64,000 nt of DNA from Octopus vulgaris (taxonomy: Eukaryota): positions 38,316,001 to 38,380,000 of the forward strand of contig OX597839.1 of assembly GCA_951406725.2 (NCBI GenBank). Reading direction: 5' to 3'. Under the pieces are notes generated by a model. That model did not search any database, was not told the DNA's origin, and saw only the letters and a program-made list of their open reading frames with translations. Positions 45,931 to 58,743 of this stretch are shown in pieces. The position numbers were made by a program, and so were the translations under genes. Every line of letters begins with the position of its first letter. Position 1 is the stretch's first letter.

Positions 45931-46132
45931 CATGTGTGTGAGTGCTGTGTGTCGAGATGGTGTGATGTAGACATATATAATGCGCATAATTCTTTCATTC
46001 CTTCTCTCTGTCTTTGCTAGCACCTATGTGTATATGTGCGTGTGTATGCATGTATGTATGTATGTATGTATGTATGTATGTATGCATGCATGTATGTATG
46101 TGTATATATATATATATGTATATGTATGTATG

Positions 46133-46189
<57 letters not shown>

Positions 46190-46340
46190 GTACTTATATT
46201 TATATACACATAAATACATGTATGAATATATGTGTGTGTATATATATATAAATACATAGATAAATTTATATATGCACGTATATATACATATATATGGAGT
46301 ATACGTGTATATATAAATGCGTATATGTATATATATATGC

Positions 46341-46398
<58 letters not shown>

Positions 46399-46773
46399 AA
46401 TATATATATATACATATATATATGTATATACATATATATATTTATATACATATATATATTTATATATATACATATATATATATGCATATATGTATATATA
46501 TATATATATATTTGTGTGCGTGTGTGTGTGTCTGTGTGTGTGTATCTATATATATATATATATATATGTGTATGCTTGTGTGTGCTTGTTCTATTGGAAT
46601 CTGAAATCTCTCAAAATCGTTACTTAGTATTTCCTGTTCCGATCTTCGGACGATTACCTACCTACTTACTTACATACATACATTCCTACAACCTTCCCTA
46701 CCTACCTACTTACCTTTCTAGTTCTCTATGAACACACTACGCATGCCCACACACACATGCACGCACATACACG

Positions 46774-46807
<34 letters not shown>

Positions 46808-46859
46808 TACGAACACCGTTATGCGCACATATACGATCACAAGCACATATACATACAAG

Positions 46860-46898
<39 letters not shown>

Positions 46899-47048
46899 CA
46901 TACATATATACAGAGATAGAGAGAGAGGGGGATGGATGGAGGGAGAGAGGGGTAGATTAATTAGATATATACATAATTGGATTGTTTCGATAGATAAATG
47001 ATAACACAAGCATGTACATATATACATATATATATATAGACAGAGAGG

Positions 47049-47138
<90 letters not shown>

Positions 47139-47246
47139 CATACATACATACATACATACATACATACATACATACATACATACATACATACATACATACA
47201 TACATACATAGATACATACATACATACATACATACATACATACATG

Positions 47247-47282
<36 letters not shown>

Positions 47283-47408
47283 TTCAGCAAAATTTAGATT
47301 CAAATGAATATGGTACTTAAGTTAGATGCACCAGAATTTTGTATGGTGTTATCCATATAAACCCATGGGGCGATTATAATCAAAATAAGCAACAAGAATA
47401 TCTTCGGT

Positions 47409-47500
47409 AATTTGGTACGATCGTTTCACGCTACATCATTTTATTAAACATTGTAAGTATTACAGCAGTTTTAAAATGTTGAGCAATCATCAGCCATTTA
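47409..47500 (-). ncRNA. Type-I hammerhead ribozyme motif, intact core, ~59-nt extended stem II
   Basis: Minus strand AATGG-CTGATGA-T-TGCT-CAACATTTTA...TGTAA-TAC-TTACA...TAAAATGATG-T-AGCG-T-GAAACGATCGTA-CCA. Stem III is the palindrome ACGATCGT; stem I is short (TGG/CCA). Confidence 0.7.
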
Positions 47501-47554
47501 TAGAGGTTTTCCATTAATACATATTTTCATATTAATTGATAACATACACACGAT

Positions 47555-47712
47555 TGGCTTTTCAGTTTCTGTCTACCAAATCCACTCACAAGGCTTTGGT
47601 CGGCCCGAGGCTATAGTAGAAGACACTTGCCCAAGATGCTACGCAGTGGGAATGAACCCAGAACCATGTGGTTGGTAAGCAAGCTACTTACCACACAGCC
47701 GCTCCTCCGCCC
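47555..47712 (-). mobile_element. SINE type A, 5' half
   Basis: CAGTTTCTGTCTACCAAATCCACTCACAAGGCTTTGGTCGGCCCGAGGCTATAGTAGAAGACACTTGCCCAAG... Confidence 0.9.
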
Positions 47713-47884
47713 TTTAACTTTAATGTTTAATTAATTTGTAACTATCTTTTAATTACTATGAAATTAACCTCTACATGCACAACATTTTTAGCACAAATGC
47801 CTAATGAAGTCAGAATGAACATTTTAGGTCCATATCCTTATTAATGCCAATACAACTCTTGAAAGGCTTAAAGCGGTAAGGGGG

Positions 47885-48200
47885 GGGGCGCAATGGCCCA
47901 GTGGTTAGGGCAGCACACTCGCGGTCGGAGGATCGCGTTTTCGATTCCCAGACCGGGCGTTGTGTGTGTGTTTATTGAGTGAAAACACCTAAAGCTCCAG
48001 GAGGTTCCGACAGGGGGGGTGGCAACCCCTGTTGTACTCTTTCGCCACAACTTTCGCCCTCACTCTCTCTTCCTGTTTCTCGAGCAATGCTGCAATGGAC
48101 TGGCGTCCCGTCCAGCTGGTGGGGGGTGGGGGACACACATACGCCACAGAAACCGGGAAACCGGGCCCATGAGCCTGGCTAGGCTTGAAAAAGGGCGCAT
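47885..48200 (+). mobile_element. SINE, head type C + tail Y
   Basis: GGCGCAATGGCCCAGTGGTTAGGGCAG...TTCGATTCCCAGACCGGGCGTTGTG...ATGGACTGGCGTCCCGTCCAGCTGG. Confidence 0.85.
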
Positions 48201-48353
48201 AAATAAATAAATAAAAATAAAAGCGGTAAGAGAAAACCATGTGCAGACTGCCCTGTGTTTCGAGTTCAAGTCCCGCGAATGTCAGCATTGTTTTTCATCC
48301 TTCTTGGGCGAACAAAATTAAGTATCAGTCGAATACTTCTGGTCTGTGTCCAA

Positions 48354-49033
48354 CCGTGACCCGACTTTTCGTCCGATGTCACTTTGTCCAAAATCACTTT
48401 TGTCCACACTTTTGGTATGATGTCTTTTTTGTCCGATGACTTTTTTTTTTTTTTGTCCAACGATTTTTTGCCCAAAATCTTTATATATAAAACTGTAGTT
48501 GTGTGAGTGTCTGTCCCTTTCGATTTAGATTCCTAACAACTCCCATATTTTGCGGTGCAGTTTAACCAAAACCGGGTATCTTATAGTCGTGATTCATATT
48601 GAGCCCTTCTGGGTATTAGCGCCCGTCTACGATGAGTCTACGATTTTAAAAATAATTTACCATCATTTTTTTCCATTTTAATGCATATTTTTTTAAATAT
48701 AAGGGAAGTAACTCTCTAAAAATGTCTACGATGAGTCAACGATTTAAAAAAAATTTACCATCATATTTTTTCCATTTTTAATGCATTTTTTTACTATTTT
48801 TTTGGCTATAACTCTCTAAAAATGCTGTATAGTTATTTCCCTTACAAACCCGAGCAACGCCGGGCGATACTGCTAGTTTTTAATAAAATCTTTAGAAAAC
48901 AAGGTGAACATAAAAATCAAATAATCGCTGAGAATTTTATTGAAAAGACGATTGACGAAGTGACGATTGACGAAGTGACAATTGACGAAGTGACGATTGA
49001 CGAAGTGACGTCGGACGGAAAGACCTAACACGG
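48354..49033. mobile_element. MITE with imperfect TIRs and 15-bp subterminal repeats, interrupted by a Helitron
   Basis: The left end CCGTG...CTTTTCGTCCGATGTCACTTTGTC mirrors the right end GACGAAGTGACGTCGGACGGAAAG...CACGG. (GACGATTGACGAAGT) is repeated four times at ~48947-49007. Flanks are TGTCCAA/TGTCAAA. Confidence 0.7.
48478..48876 (+). mobile_element. Non-autonomous Helitron, copy 1
   Basis: Begins TC after host A and ends CTAG before host T, with the subterminal hairpin CCCGAGCAACGCCGGG and an internal ~100-bp tandem repeat. A homologous copy lies at 61918. Confidence 0.85.
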
Positions 49034-49341
49034 TGTCAAATTATATAAACAACCAGTACGGACATCAAGCATTGGTCTTCAACATGTCCTTCCTTTTCGT
49101 TCAGTGTTACTCATCCTTTGAGGGGGCATATTACTGCACTTTCTAGAGGGTCGTGTGACTTCGTCGAGACTCCTACATTAACGTTGCTGTCGTTGTTGTT
49201 GTTGATGGTGGTGGTGGTGGTGATGATGGTGATGGAGGTGATGATGGTGGTGGTGACGGTAATGATAATGATGGTGATGATGATGAGGATGGTAATGATG
49301 ATGGTAGTGCAGTTATTGTTAGTGATAGTGATGATGGTGAC

Positions 49342-49761
49342 GGCGGCGACGAGCTGGCAGAAACGTTAGCGCGCCGGGCGAAATGCTCAGCGGTGTTTCG
49401 TCTGTCGTTACGTTCTGAGTTCGAATTCCGCCGAGGTCAACTTTGCCTTTCATCATTTCGGGGTCGATAAATTAAGTACCAGTTACGCACTGGGGTCGAT
49501 GTAATCGACTTAATACCTATGTCTGTCCTTGTTTGTCCCCTCTATGTTTAGCCCCTTGTGGGTAATAAAGAAATAGGTATTTCGTCTGCCGTTACGTTCT
49601 GAGTTCAAATTCCGCCGAGGTCGACTTTGCCTTTCATCCTTTCGGGGTCGATAAATTAAGTACCAGTTACACACTGGGGTCGATGTAATCGACTTAACCC
49701 GTTTGTCTGTCCTTGTTTGTCCCCTCTATGTTTAGCCCCTTGTAGGTAGTAAAGAAATAGG
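49342..49761 (+). mobile_element. SINE type B, two tandem bodies
   Basis: Same family and same tail-to-internal junction as 33829. Confidence 0.9.
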
Positions 49762-50584
49762 TAATGGCGGTAGTGGAGTTGTTGTTGTTGTTATTGTTGT
49801 TGGGGGGGTGATTGTTGTTGTAGTAGTGACATTAATGCTGTGCCGCACAAGGAAGAAACAAAACGTCCCTTTGTGACTCGAATATGTGGACCCACCTCTC
49901 CTTCCCCTCCCACTCCAGGTAAAAGGCAGACTAGAGGGGGAAAGGGTCAATATGAAACAAAAAGATTCCAAAAACACAAAAAGATGAAAGGTCAACTTAC
50001 CAATCAGGCCGGTCACTAAGATGACCAACAGAATTAAACAACCTTCGTTAAGGATTGATCTCGAAGTCTTCCGTCTTCCGTCCATGCTTCATCTAAAATA
50101 AACCAACTCCTTCCTCTAACTCACTCTCCTCTCGCCCTCCTTCCTTCCCTCCCTCTCTTGCTCTCTTTCTTTCTTTCTTTCTCTATTAGAACTTTGTATA
50201 ACTCTCCTTTCTCTTGCTCTCTCTTCTTCGCTCTCTCTCTCTCTTTCTCTCTTCCTTGCCTCCTCTCTTTCACGCCTCTCTATCTTCCTTGCCTCTCTCT
50301 CTCTCTCTTCCTCGCCACTTTATCTGTCTATCTGTTTATCTGTCTATCTCTCTCTCTCTCTCTCTCTCTCTCATTCTGTGTGTGTGTGTTCATCACCTGT
50401 CTCTCAATTTTTCGGTCTAACTATTTCTCTACCTCTCTTTTCTCTCTCTCTCTCTCTCTCTCTCTTATATACATACGCGCAAATACACACTCACACATAC
50501 ATAAATATATTCATATATATACATGCATGCCTATGCATATGTATATATATATATATGCGTGGTCTGTGTGTATGTATATACATG

Positions 50585-50635
<51 letters not shown>

Positions 50636-50662
50636 ATATGTATATATGTATATGTATATGAA

Positions 50663-50714
<52 letters not shown>

Positions 50715-50723
50715 ATATGTATA

Positions 50724-50801
<78 letters not shown>

Positions 50802-51071
50802 TGTGTGTGTGGCGTAGCTAACGTGAAAGAATGAAGTTTCATTCCCAGCAAGAGAACAACCCCCACCCATGACACGACCACCACCACAACAACCACAATG
50901 ACACCCGTTCGCGTCTGGGACGACAGTACGCCAGTAACATGACAATCGCAACATCACTAACAGCGCCAGAACCACCAACACCACCGCCAAGACAACATCG
51001 CCGAGGCGTGTGTAGGAAGTCGGCCGAAACAGAGTAGAGGGTGAGTGTCCTCTGTGTGTGTGTGTGTGTGT

Positions 51072-51116
<45 letters not shown>

Positions 51117-51139
51117 GGAGAGGGAATGAACCATTCTCG

Positions 51140-51615
<476 letters not shown>

Positions 51616-52349
51616 GGAAGTGATTGAAGAAGGAAGAGTAGGGGAGGGATGGGGTGTTGGGGTCAGTCTGGGACAAAGCTGGCTGTTTGTGTCACGTCAC
51701 GTCTTGGAACATTCCAAAGTTATGAAAGGGACAAGAAAATATGAGTAAAGAAGTGAATAGGGGGAGAGGGTTTATTGTTTAGTGAAGGGGAGAAGAAGGG
51801 GGAGAAGGAGAAGAGGAGGAGGAGGGGAAGAGGAGCAAATGCCTCTTCTACCCTCTCAATGATCTTCCGTCATTACTTTTGGGGGATGTTTATCCTCTGA
51901 ACGGACCCTAATATTTGCAGCGATATGGATTCCACGAAAGGACTATGTGGTGGTTGTGGTGGTGGTGGTGATGATGGTGGTAGTGGTGGTTGTGGTGGTG
52001 TTGGTGGTGGTTGTGGTGGTGGTGGTGGTGGTGGTGGTAGTGGTGGTGATGATGGTGGTAGTGGTGGTTGTGGTGGTGGTGGTGGTGGTGATGGTGGTCA
52101 TGGTGGTGATGGTGGTGGTGGTGGTGGTGGTGGTGGTGGTGGTCGTCGTCGTCGTCGTCGTCTTGTTTTTGTTGTTACTGCTATCACTGTAATTGTTGTT
52201 GTTATTGCTGTTGTTATTAATGATATCTGCCATCTCCCTCCTATCAGCAACGATATTGGATGAGTGTACCTTGCCGTACCGGAGCAAATATTGGAACATG
52301 CTGGAAAGAAATAGAAAAGAAACTAAGAAACGAAGGCTCAAAGCATAAC

Positions 52350-52830
52350 AACAGGTTCAAGATGTGAAGCTATCGATGCTACACAAAGAAGAGAAATAGT
52401 TCAGAAATTTAGGAAAATACTACACGAAACGAAATTTAAAATGAAAACAATCGGGGAAACAAAAACAGACAACTCCATCGAGTCACATTTAGGAAAGAAT
52501 TCATTGCACTGTAAACTGCAGTGTGCGCAACCAACGCACAGATAAAGTACAAAATTAGGAATGTGATGTATCATATGAGATGTATGAAAAAGACGTATAA
52601 GGAAGACACTTGTGTGGAAAGAAGTGTAAGGACACTTTCTCCTATACAGGAGAAAAGGCTCGTAGTGTAGATGAAGGGGTTGGTATTCACTGGCGTGAAT
52701 ACCAGCAAATGGAACGCATCCATGCTCTACCAACATGCAATGCAGAAACACAATGGATCAATGGACAATGATGGAATAATAATTCTTTTAACACATCCAA
52801 AACTTTTAACATTGAGAGACGTTCCAGTGG
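52350..52830 (+). pseudogene. Penelope-like element C-terminal (GIY-YIG endonuclease) remnant, copy 1
   Basis: Fragments IDATQRREIVQKFRKIL...CKLQC, YTGEKARSVDEGVGIHWREY and SMLYQHAMQKHNG resemble the Y.GE..RS..ER..EH...S.L..H....H.G pattern of PLE GIY-YIG domains. Confidence 0.6.
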
Positions 52831-52847
52831 AAGAGACTCTACCTCTC

Positions 52848-53270
52848 GTGTCGTAGGAAGTTTGCTTCTAAACCACACGGTTCTGGGTTCAGTCCCACTG
52901 CGTGACGTCTTGGGCAAGTGTCTTTTACTATAATCTCAGGCCGACTAAAACCTTGTGAATGAATTTGGTAGATGGAAACTGAAAGACTTCCATCGTGTGT
53001 GTGTGTGTGTATGTGAGTCCGTGTTTGTATGTTCGCGTACGCGTACGTGTGTGTTTGTTTTTGTGTCTATGTTTGTCACTATCACAGCTTGACAATAAGT
53101 GTTGGCGTGTTTACGTGCTCGTAACCTAGCGGTTTGGCTAAAGAGACTGATAGTATAAGTACCTGGCTTATGAAAATAAAGTACTGGGATCGATTTGTTC
53201 GGCTAAATTTCTACAAAGCGGTGCTCCAGCATGGTCACCGCCTAATGACTGCAACAAGTTAAAAAGATAA
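52848..53270 (+). mobile_element. SINE type A, diverged, lying between the two GIY-YIG remnants
   Basis: GGTTCTGGGTTCAGTCCCACTGCGTGACGTCTTGGGCAAGTGTC...GCGGTGCTCCAGCATGG. Confidence 0.85.
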
Positions 53271-53289
53271 AGGTAGTTACAACACCGAG

Positions 53290-53605
53290 TGTGCACAACC
53301 AACCTTCAAGTAAACTGCAAAATTAGAAATGTAACGCACCACACGAGATGCTTTGAAGGAAATGTAAGTGTACTACCACGACCTTATACAGGAGAAATGG
53401 CTTGCAGCGTACATGAATGGCTTGTAGAACACTGGCGTGAATACGAAGAAAAGAAATGCATGCATTCTCTAGCAACGTGTCTTACAGATACACAATGCAT
53501 CAATAGACAATGATGGAATGATAATTCTTTATTCACAGCCAAAGTTCTAACATTCAGACAGGATTTCTGGGACCGTTCGGACACTAGAAGCAGAATCCGT
53601 ATCAC
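53290..53605 (+). pseudogene. Penelope-like GIY-YIG remnant, copy 2 (diverged paralogue of ~52510-52815)
   Basis: CKIRNVTHHTRC...YTGEMACSVHEWLVEHWREY...TLEAE; the DNA is clearly alignable to copy 1. Confidence 0.6.
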
Positions 53606-53955
53606 GCCCACTCACACACAATCCGTAGAAGGAATGAAGAATGACAAGCATTGTCGCAACCAGCTCCAATTATTTCCAACACTAACATCACCACCGCCGC
53701 TGCCGCTACCACCTTCGCCGCCAGCACGGCTACTGCTGCCATCGCCGCCACCACCACTACAGTAAAAAGAAAATGAGCATAAAATGAGATTCAAACACAT
53801 GCACGCGTGTACGCGAACCACAAACACACAAACAATAAACGCACATGTGTACAATTCACACACACGCACTCACACACAAAAAAACAAACAAACAAGCAAA
53901 AACAAACACAGGCAAACCACAAACGCACAACGAAAACAAAACAAAACACGATTAG

Positions 53956-53987
<32 letters not shown>

Positions 53988-54265
53988 AACAGCATGTGAA
54001 CAAAGCATTCAACTATGACATGCACAAAGAGGTCAGTTGGTGGGTTTGAGACCATTGAAATGGTTCATAGCAGTGGGATGAAAACATTCCTGCCATTTAG
54101 CCAACAATAAAACTCATAGTGAAACGAATTACAAACCGTGCGTGGGCTTATTGGCAGTATGACCCATTCAAAGTAAAATTTTATTTGATTCCACTGACAG
54201 AGAAGAATTACTAGAGCAATGTACATGTGTGTGTGTGTATGTGTGTGTATTGATATATATGTGTG

Positions 54266-54327
<62 letters not shown>

Positions 54328-54328
<1 letters not shown>

Positions 54329-54522
54329 GAAGGTTTACGAAAATAAACAAGAGACGAAGGCAGGTGGAGTACAAACAAACAATGTATTAGTATGGCGCTC
54401 AGGAATAGAAATAAAACAAGTCTTTTACGTTTCGAGCCTACGCTCTTCGACAGAAAGATACACAGAAAAGAAACAAGGAGAGAAACAAAGAGAGAAAACA
54501 TTGCGTGTAGGGGCTAACGATC
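54328..54522 (-). mobile_element. A6U hammerhead-like element, copy 3 (best preserved; motif 54421-54458)
   Basis: Minus strand TCTTT-CTGTCGA-A-GAGC-GTAG-GCTC-GAAACGTA-AAAGA, with a 5-bp stem I, a 4-bp stem II and an ACGT palindrome. The 3' end abuts (TA)n. Confidence 0.75.
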
Positions 54523-54525
54523 CAA

Positions 54526-55120
54526 TCAGGTTGGTGCAAAGGTAATGACTGATTTTAAGTTCTCTATTAAAAAAAGGCCCATGATTATTCGTTAACATTG
54601 CTTTCTAGAATTTCATTCCATCCTTCAACACGTTTATAGAGGCCGCGCATGTAAAATTGTTAAGGGTTTGATGCGGAATATGAACCCAACTCATTTTCAA
54701 CCTCTTCCCTTAGTTTCAACCTAAGACCATTCAAATGGTTCTTGTAGTCCCTGCAAAAAGTGATAATCAGAAGGAGCAGGGTTTGGAGAAAATGGAGGGC
54801 GAAGCAATATTTCCCAACCAAGCTCTTCCAAGTCGAGCTGTATGAGGACCAGCATTATCATGGTGGAAGATGACACTCTTTCTGTTGAACTAACCAGGGT
54901 CGCTTTCTGTTCAAAGCAGCTTTCAAACGACGACGTCGACCACAGTAGAGATTCGCAGTAATGGTTTGAATGTGGTCTAACAGTTTGTAATGGACAATTC
55001 CTTCAATATCCCACCATACACTCAACATGATATTCCTTGGATGAAGTCCTCCTCACAATTCCTTCAATATCCCACCATACACTCAACATGATATTCCTTG
55101 GATGAAGTCCTCCTCTTGGT
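54526..55120 (-). mobile_element. Mariner (DD34D) transposon 3' remnant with TIR and a 61-bp internal tandem duplication
   Basis: TIR-like TCAGGTTGGTGCAAAGGTAAT at 54526. Minus-strand motifs LHPRNIMLSVWWD, IFHHDNAGPH and LGWEILLRPPFSPNPAPSDYHF. Duplication 54994-55054/55055-55115. Confidence 0.9.
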
Positions 55121-55668
55121 TGTTGAACAGGTCTTCCTCCTCGACTGATACACGATGAAAGGCAAAGTCGACCTCGGCGGAAATAGAACTCAGAACGTAA
55201 CGACAGACGAAATACGGCTACGCATTTATGCACACGTGCAAGTATACACTCACACATGCATAAATATATTCATATTCATACATGCATACCTACACATACA
55301 CATATATATATATGTGTGTGTGTGTGTGATCTGTTAACGGTTATTTTCAATACTTTTGTCGTTGGTTTACGTGTTAGTTTCACTTTTTGTCATCTACTAC
55401 TTTATTTTTGGATATTCTATATATGTGAAGATTTTCATCCTCCGTCTGGCTGTTTTTCTCTCTACAAAACAGAAAGTTACATCGTGGAACAGTCATTTTA
55501 ATGAGCTGTATTTACTTATCACCCAACGGGATACATCTGCACCACCGGATGCCCCTGAACCAGTTGTTGAGTGTCCCACCCAAGAGGAATCTATGCTAGA
55601 TGTATCGAAACGATTGTCGTGATTAATAATAAATTCTCGTATATTCCATCTTCTGTCTTTCATTTGTT

Positions 55669-55706
<38 letters not shown>

Positions 55707-55712
<6 letters not shown>

Positions 55713-55910
55713 TGTTGTGTCTGGGGAGAGTCATTCTCTTTTAATACCTTATTATTTAACACACTCACCGGTAAAGTTTCCACTCGTTTATTTATTTTTC
55801 TAAAATTTTGGTTGCGTCTTGAAACCTTTTCAGTAGTTGTTGACTCCGGTGAGTGTGTTAAATTATAAGACACTAAAAGAGAATGACTCTTCCCAGACAC
55901 AACAGAATAT
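55707..55910. repeat. Inverted repeat with ~65-bp arms and a 74-bp spacer, between (TA)n tracts
   Basis: ATATTCTGTTGTGTCTGGGGAGAGTCATTCTCTTTTA...AACACACTCACCGG versus CCGGTGAGTGTGTTAAA...TAAAAGAGAATGACTCTTCCCAGACACAACAGAATAT. Confidence 0.9.
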
Positions 55911-55962
55911 GCTTCAACACACCAACTCACATGAAGAAACTTGCAAACCAAATCCTATAACG

Positions 55963-56029
<67 letters not shown>

Positions 56030-56460
56030 GTGGTGTGTGTGTGGTAAGTAGCTTGCTTACGAACCAGATGGTTCCGAGTTCAGTCCCACTGCGTGGCACC
56101 TTGGGCAAGTGTCTTCTACTATAGCATCGGGCTGACCAAAGCCTTGAGTGGATTTGGTAGACAGAAACTGAAAGAAGCCCGTCGCATATATGTGTATATA
56201 TATATATGTGTGTGTGTATGGGTGTGTATGTGTATGTTTGTGTGTCTGTTTGTCCCCCAACATCGCTTGACAACTGATGCTGGTGTGTTTACGTCCCCGT
56301 AACTTAGCGGTTCGGCAAAAAGAGACCGATAGAATAAGTATAAGGCTTACACACAATAAGTCCTGGGGTCGATTTGTTCGACTAAAGGCGGTGCTCTAGC
56401 ATGGCCACGGTCAAATGACTGAAACAAGTAAAAGAGTAAAAGAATAAAAGAGTAAAAGAG
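56030..56460 (+). mobile_element. SINE type A
   Basis: Collinear with the 59259 copy. Confidence 0.9.
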
Positions 56461-57103
56461 TATATATGAAGTATAAGGAAAAGAAAAATTGTAGGCGTCG
56501 ACGACCTTTAATCCATAATCCATGTTGGTACACAACCAACATACATTCTACAAATAATTCTATTGTAATATATTCGTTCCTGTCTCGACTATGAAAGGTC
56601 TTTGTATATTGTATGTTGGTCGTAATCATTCATACCAGTCTGTAATTCCTGACGAAGAATCTAATTTTTATTTCAAGAAGAGTTTTTCGTTTTTGTCTTT
56701 GGAATTAATTAGACTCCAAAACAATTTGTAGAATGTATATTGGATCTGTACCAAATTGGATTGTTAATTAAAGATCGTCTACACCTACAATTGTTTTCAT
56801 TTCCTTAGACTTTATTTATTGGTTTTGCAAATACTGAATATATATTTTTTATATATATATTCTTTACTTGGACTGTACCGGCGGATATTGACATACCTTT
56901 GAAGGATCTCAGAAGCCCTCACCTCTTTTATATGTATTCATATCAAACTAGCTGCTGCTAACTACCTAGAACCCACAAGAGTAAAAAAGGAGAGACAGAG
57001 ACAAGCAGAGAAAAGGAAAATGTCCCTTACACTTGAAAACTATGGAAATATATTTTTAAATACACATTTCATTTAATTTTAATTGTTTTTCGTGCTTACA
57101 CCA

Positions 57104-57137
57104 AGTTGAAAAAGTCACAATGACTGAAACCGGTACT
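57104..57137 (+). ncRNA. Hammerhead-like motif with a U3:A8 core variant
   Basis: AG-TTGAAAA-AGTCA-CAA-TGACT-GAAACCGGTA-CT. Stem II is a perfect 5 bp and stem III is the palindrome ACCGGT with a GUA triplet, but stem I is only 2 bp. Confidence 0.5.
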
Positions 57138-57283
57138 AAAATGTTCTTCATGATAAAATTATTTTAGCATTTTCTACCTTGTCTTATTTTCCTTATCTAT
57201 ATATAGATATATAGATAGATATATAGATATATAGACAGACAGACAGATAGACAGACAGATAGATAGATAAATTGATAGATAGG

Positions 57284-57338
<55 letters not shown>

Positions 57339-57371
57339 GTAGATAGATAGATAGATATGGCCATCGCCATG

Positions 57372-57530
57372 ATTGACCGCTAGCTACTAAAGCTTTCTCG
57401 TGTTCCTTTCTGTTGAAGAGCGTAGGCTCGAAACGTAAACGAGTTTCTCACCTTCCTGGGCGTTAAATTAATACACTTGCTTATTGTTTACACGCACGTC
57501 TTCGTCTTTTGTTTTTTGTAAATTCCAACT
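57372..57530 (+). mobile_element. A6U hammerhead-like element, copy 4 (motif ~57405-57442)
   Basis: CTTT-CTGTTGA-AGAGCGTAGGCTC-GAAACGTA-AACG. Confidence 0.7.
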
Positions 57531-57801
57531 GTATGTGTGTGTGTGTGTGTGTGGATAATAAATTAACATAATTTATTACCAGTGCTTAACATGCATAAAT
57601 AAAAGTCATAAGACAACGTATTTTCAGAAACATAAACGTGTATAGAATATTTCTACACACAAAGAGGAGACTTTTGACAGGACTCCTTACATGCAAGAAA
57701 GGTCAGTTAAAACCTAAACCACGAAAAACTTCACTTTTTTGTTCGTTGAAGTATTATAATCAGTGTGCCTCGAGAATTCTTATAGGAATATTCTATACAC
57801 T

Positions 57802-57836
<35 letters not shown>

Positions 57837-57907
57837 GGAACGCAACGCACCCCGACTTTTATTAACAGTAAGTTATATATATATGTATATATGTGTGCGT
57901 GTGTGTA

Positions 57908-57964
<57 letters not shown>

Positions 57965-57986
57965 GTGTGTGTGCATATTTATACAT

Positions 57987-58040
<54 letters not shown>

Positions 58041-58070
58041 ACACATACATACATACATACATACATACAT

Positions 58071-58120
<50 letters not shown>

Positions 58121-58300
58121 ACGACCGCTTTATTTAAACAGCAGCAAGTTCCACTGGAAACCCCTTTGGACACGTTTAGCTTCCAGGTCATGTCTCTCAC
58201 CTATGTGACCCCGCAAAGGTCAAAGGCGAGTGACTGTTATGAGGGGTCAAATGGTATTGGCTGAGGATTCCAACATGCTCTTTGTACCGATTTCTTGGCT

Positions 58301-58335
58301 GTTGTCACGAGCAACACGTCCGTAACCTTGGCAAC
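58301..58335. promoter_or_regulatory. Tandem RFX X-box-like motifs
   Basis: GTTGTC-ACG-AGCAAC (58301-58315) and GTAACC-TT-GGCAAC (58322-58335). Confidence 0.4.
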
Positions 58336-58694
58336 GTACTCTTTCTGCGTTCCCAGCTGACATAGGTGTAGAGGTGGTGGTGGTGGTGGAGGGGAAGATT
58401 GGGGTATTAAAGGTGGTGTGGTGGAAGTACTGAGAATGGGAGTGATGGAGACGGAGGTGAAGGCTGTGGTGATGGTGGTGGTGGTGGTGGTAGTTACTTA
58501 ATATGCTATCTTATTCTAGCTTCAGTCATTGGACTGCGGCCATGCTGGGGCATCGAACAAATAGACCCCAATACTTAGTTTTTAAGTCTGGTATTTACGT
58601 TATCGGTCTCTATTGCGGAATCGCTAAATTACAAAGAATTAAACAAACCGACACCGGTTGTCAAACGGAGATAGGGAACACACACAAACACAAA

Positions 58695-58743
<49 letters not shown>

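Noticed and set aside
48947-49007. Regular 15-bp repeats that could suggest a CRISPR-like array
   Set aside because: There are no spacers. They are subterminal repeats of a MITE in a eukaryotic genome.
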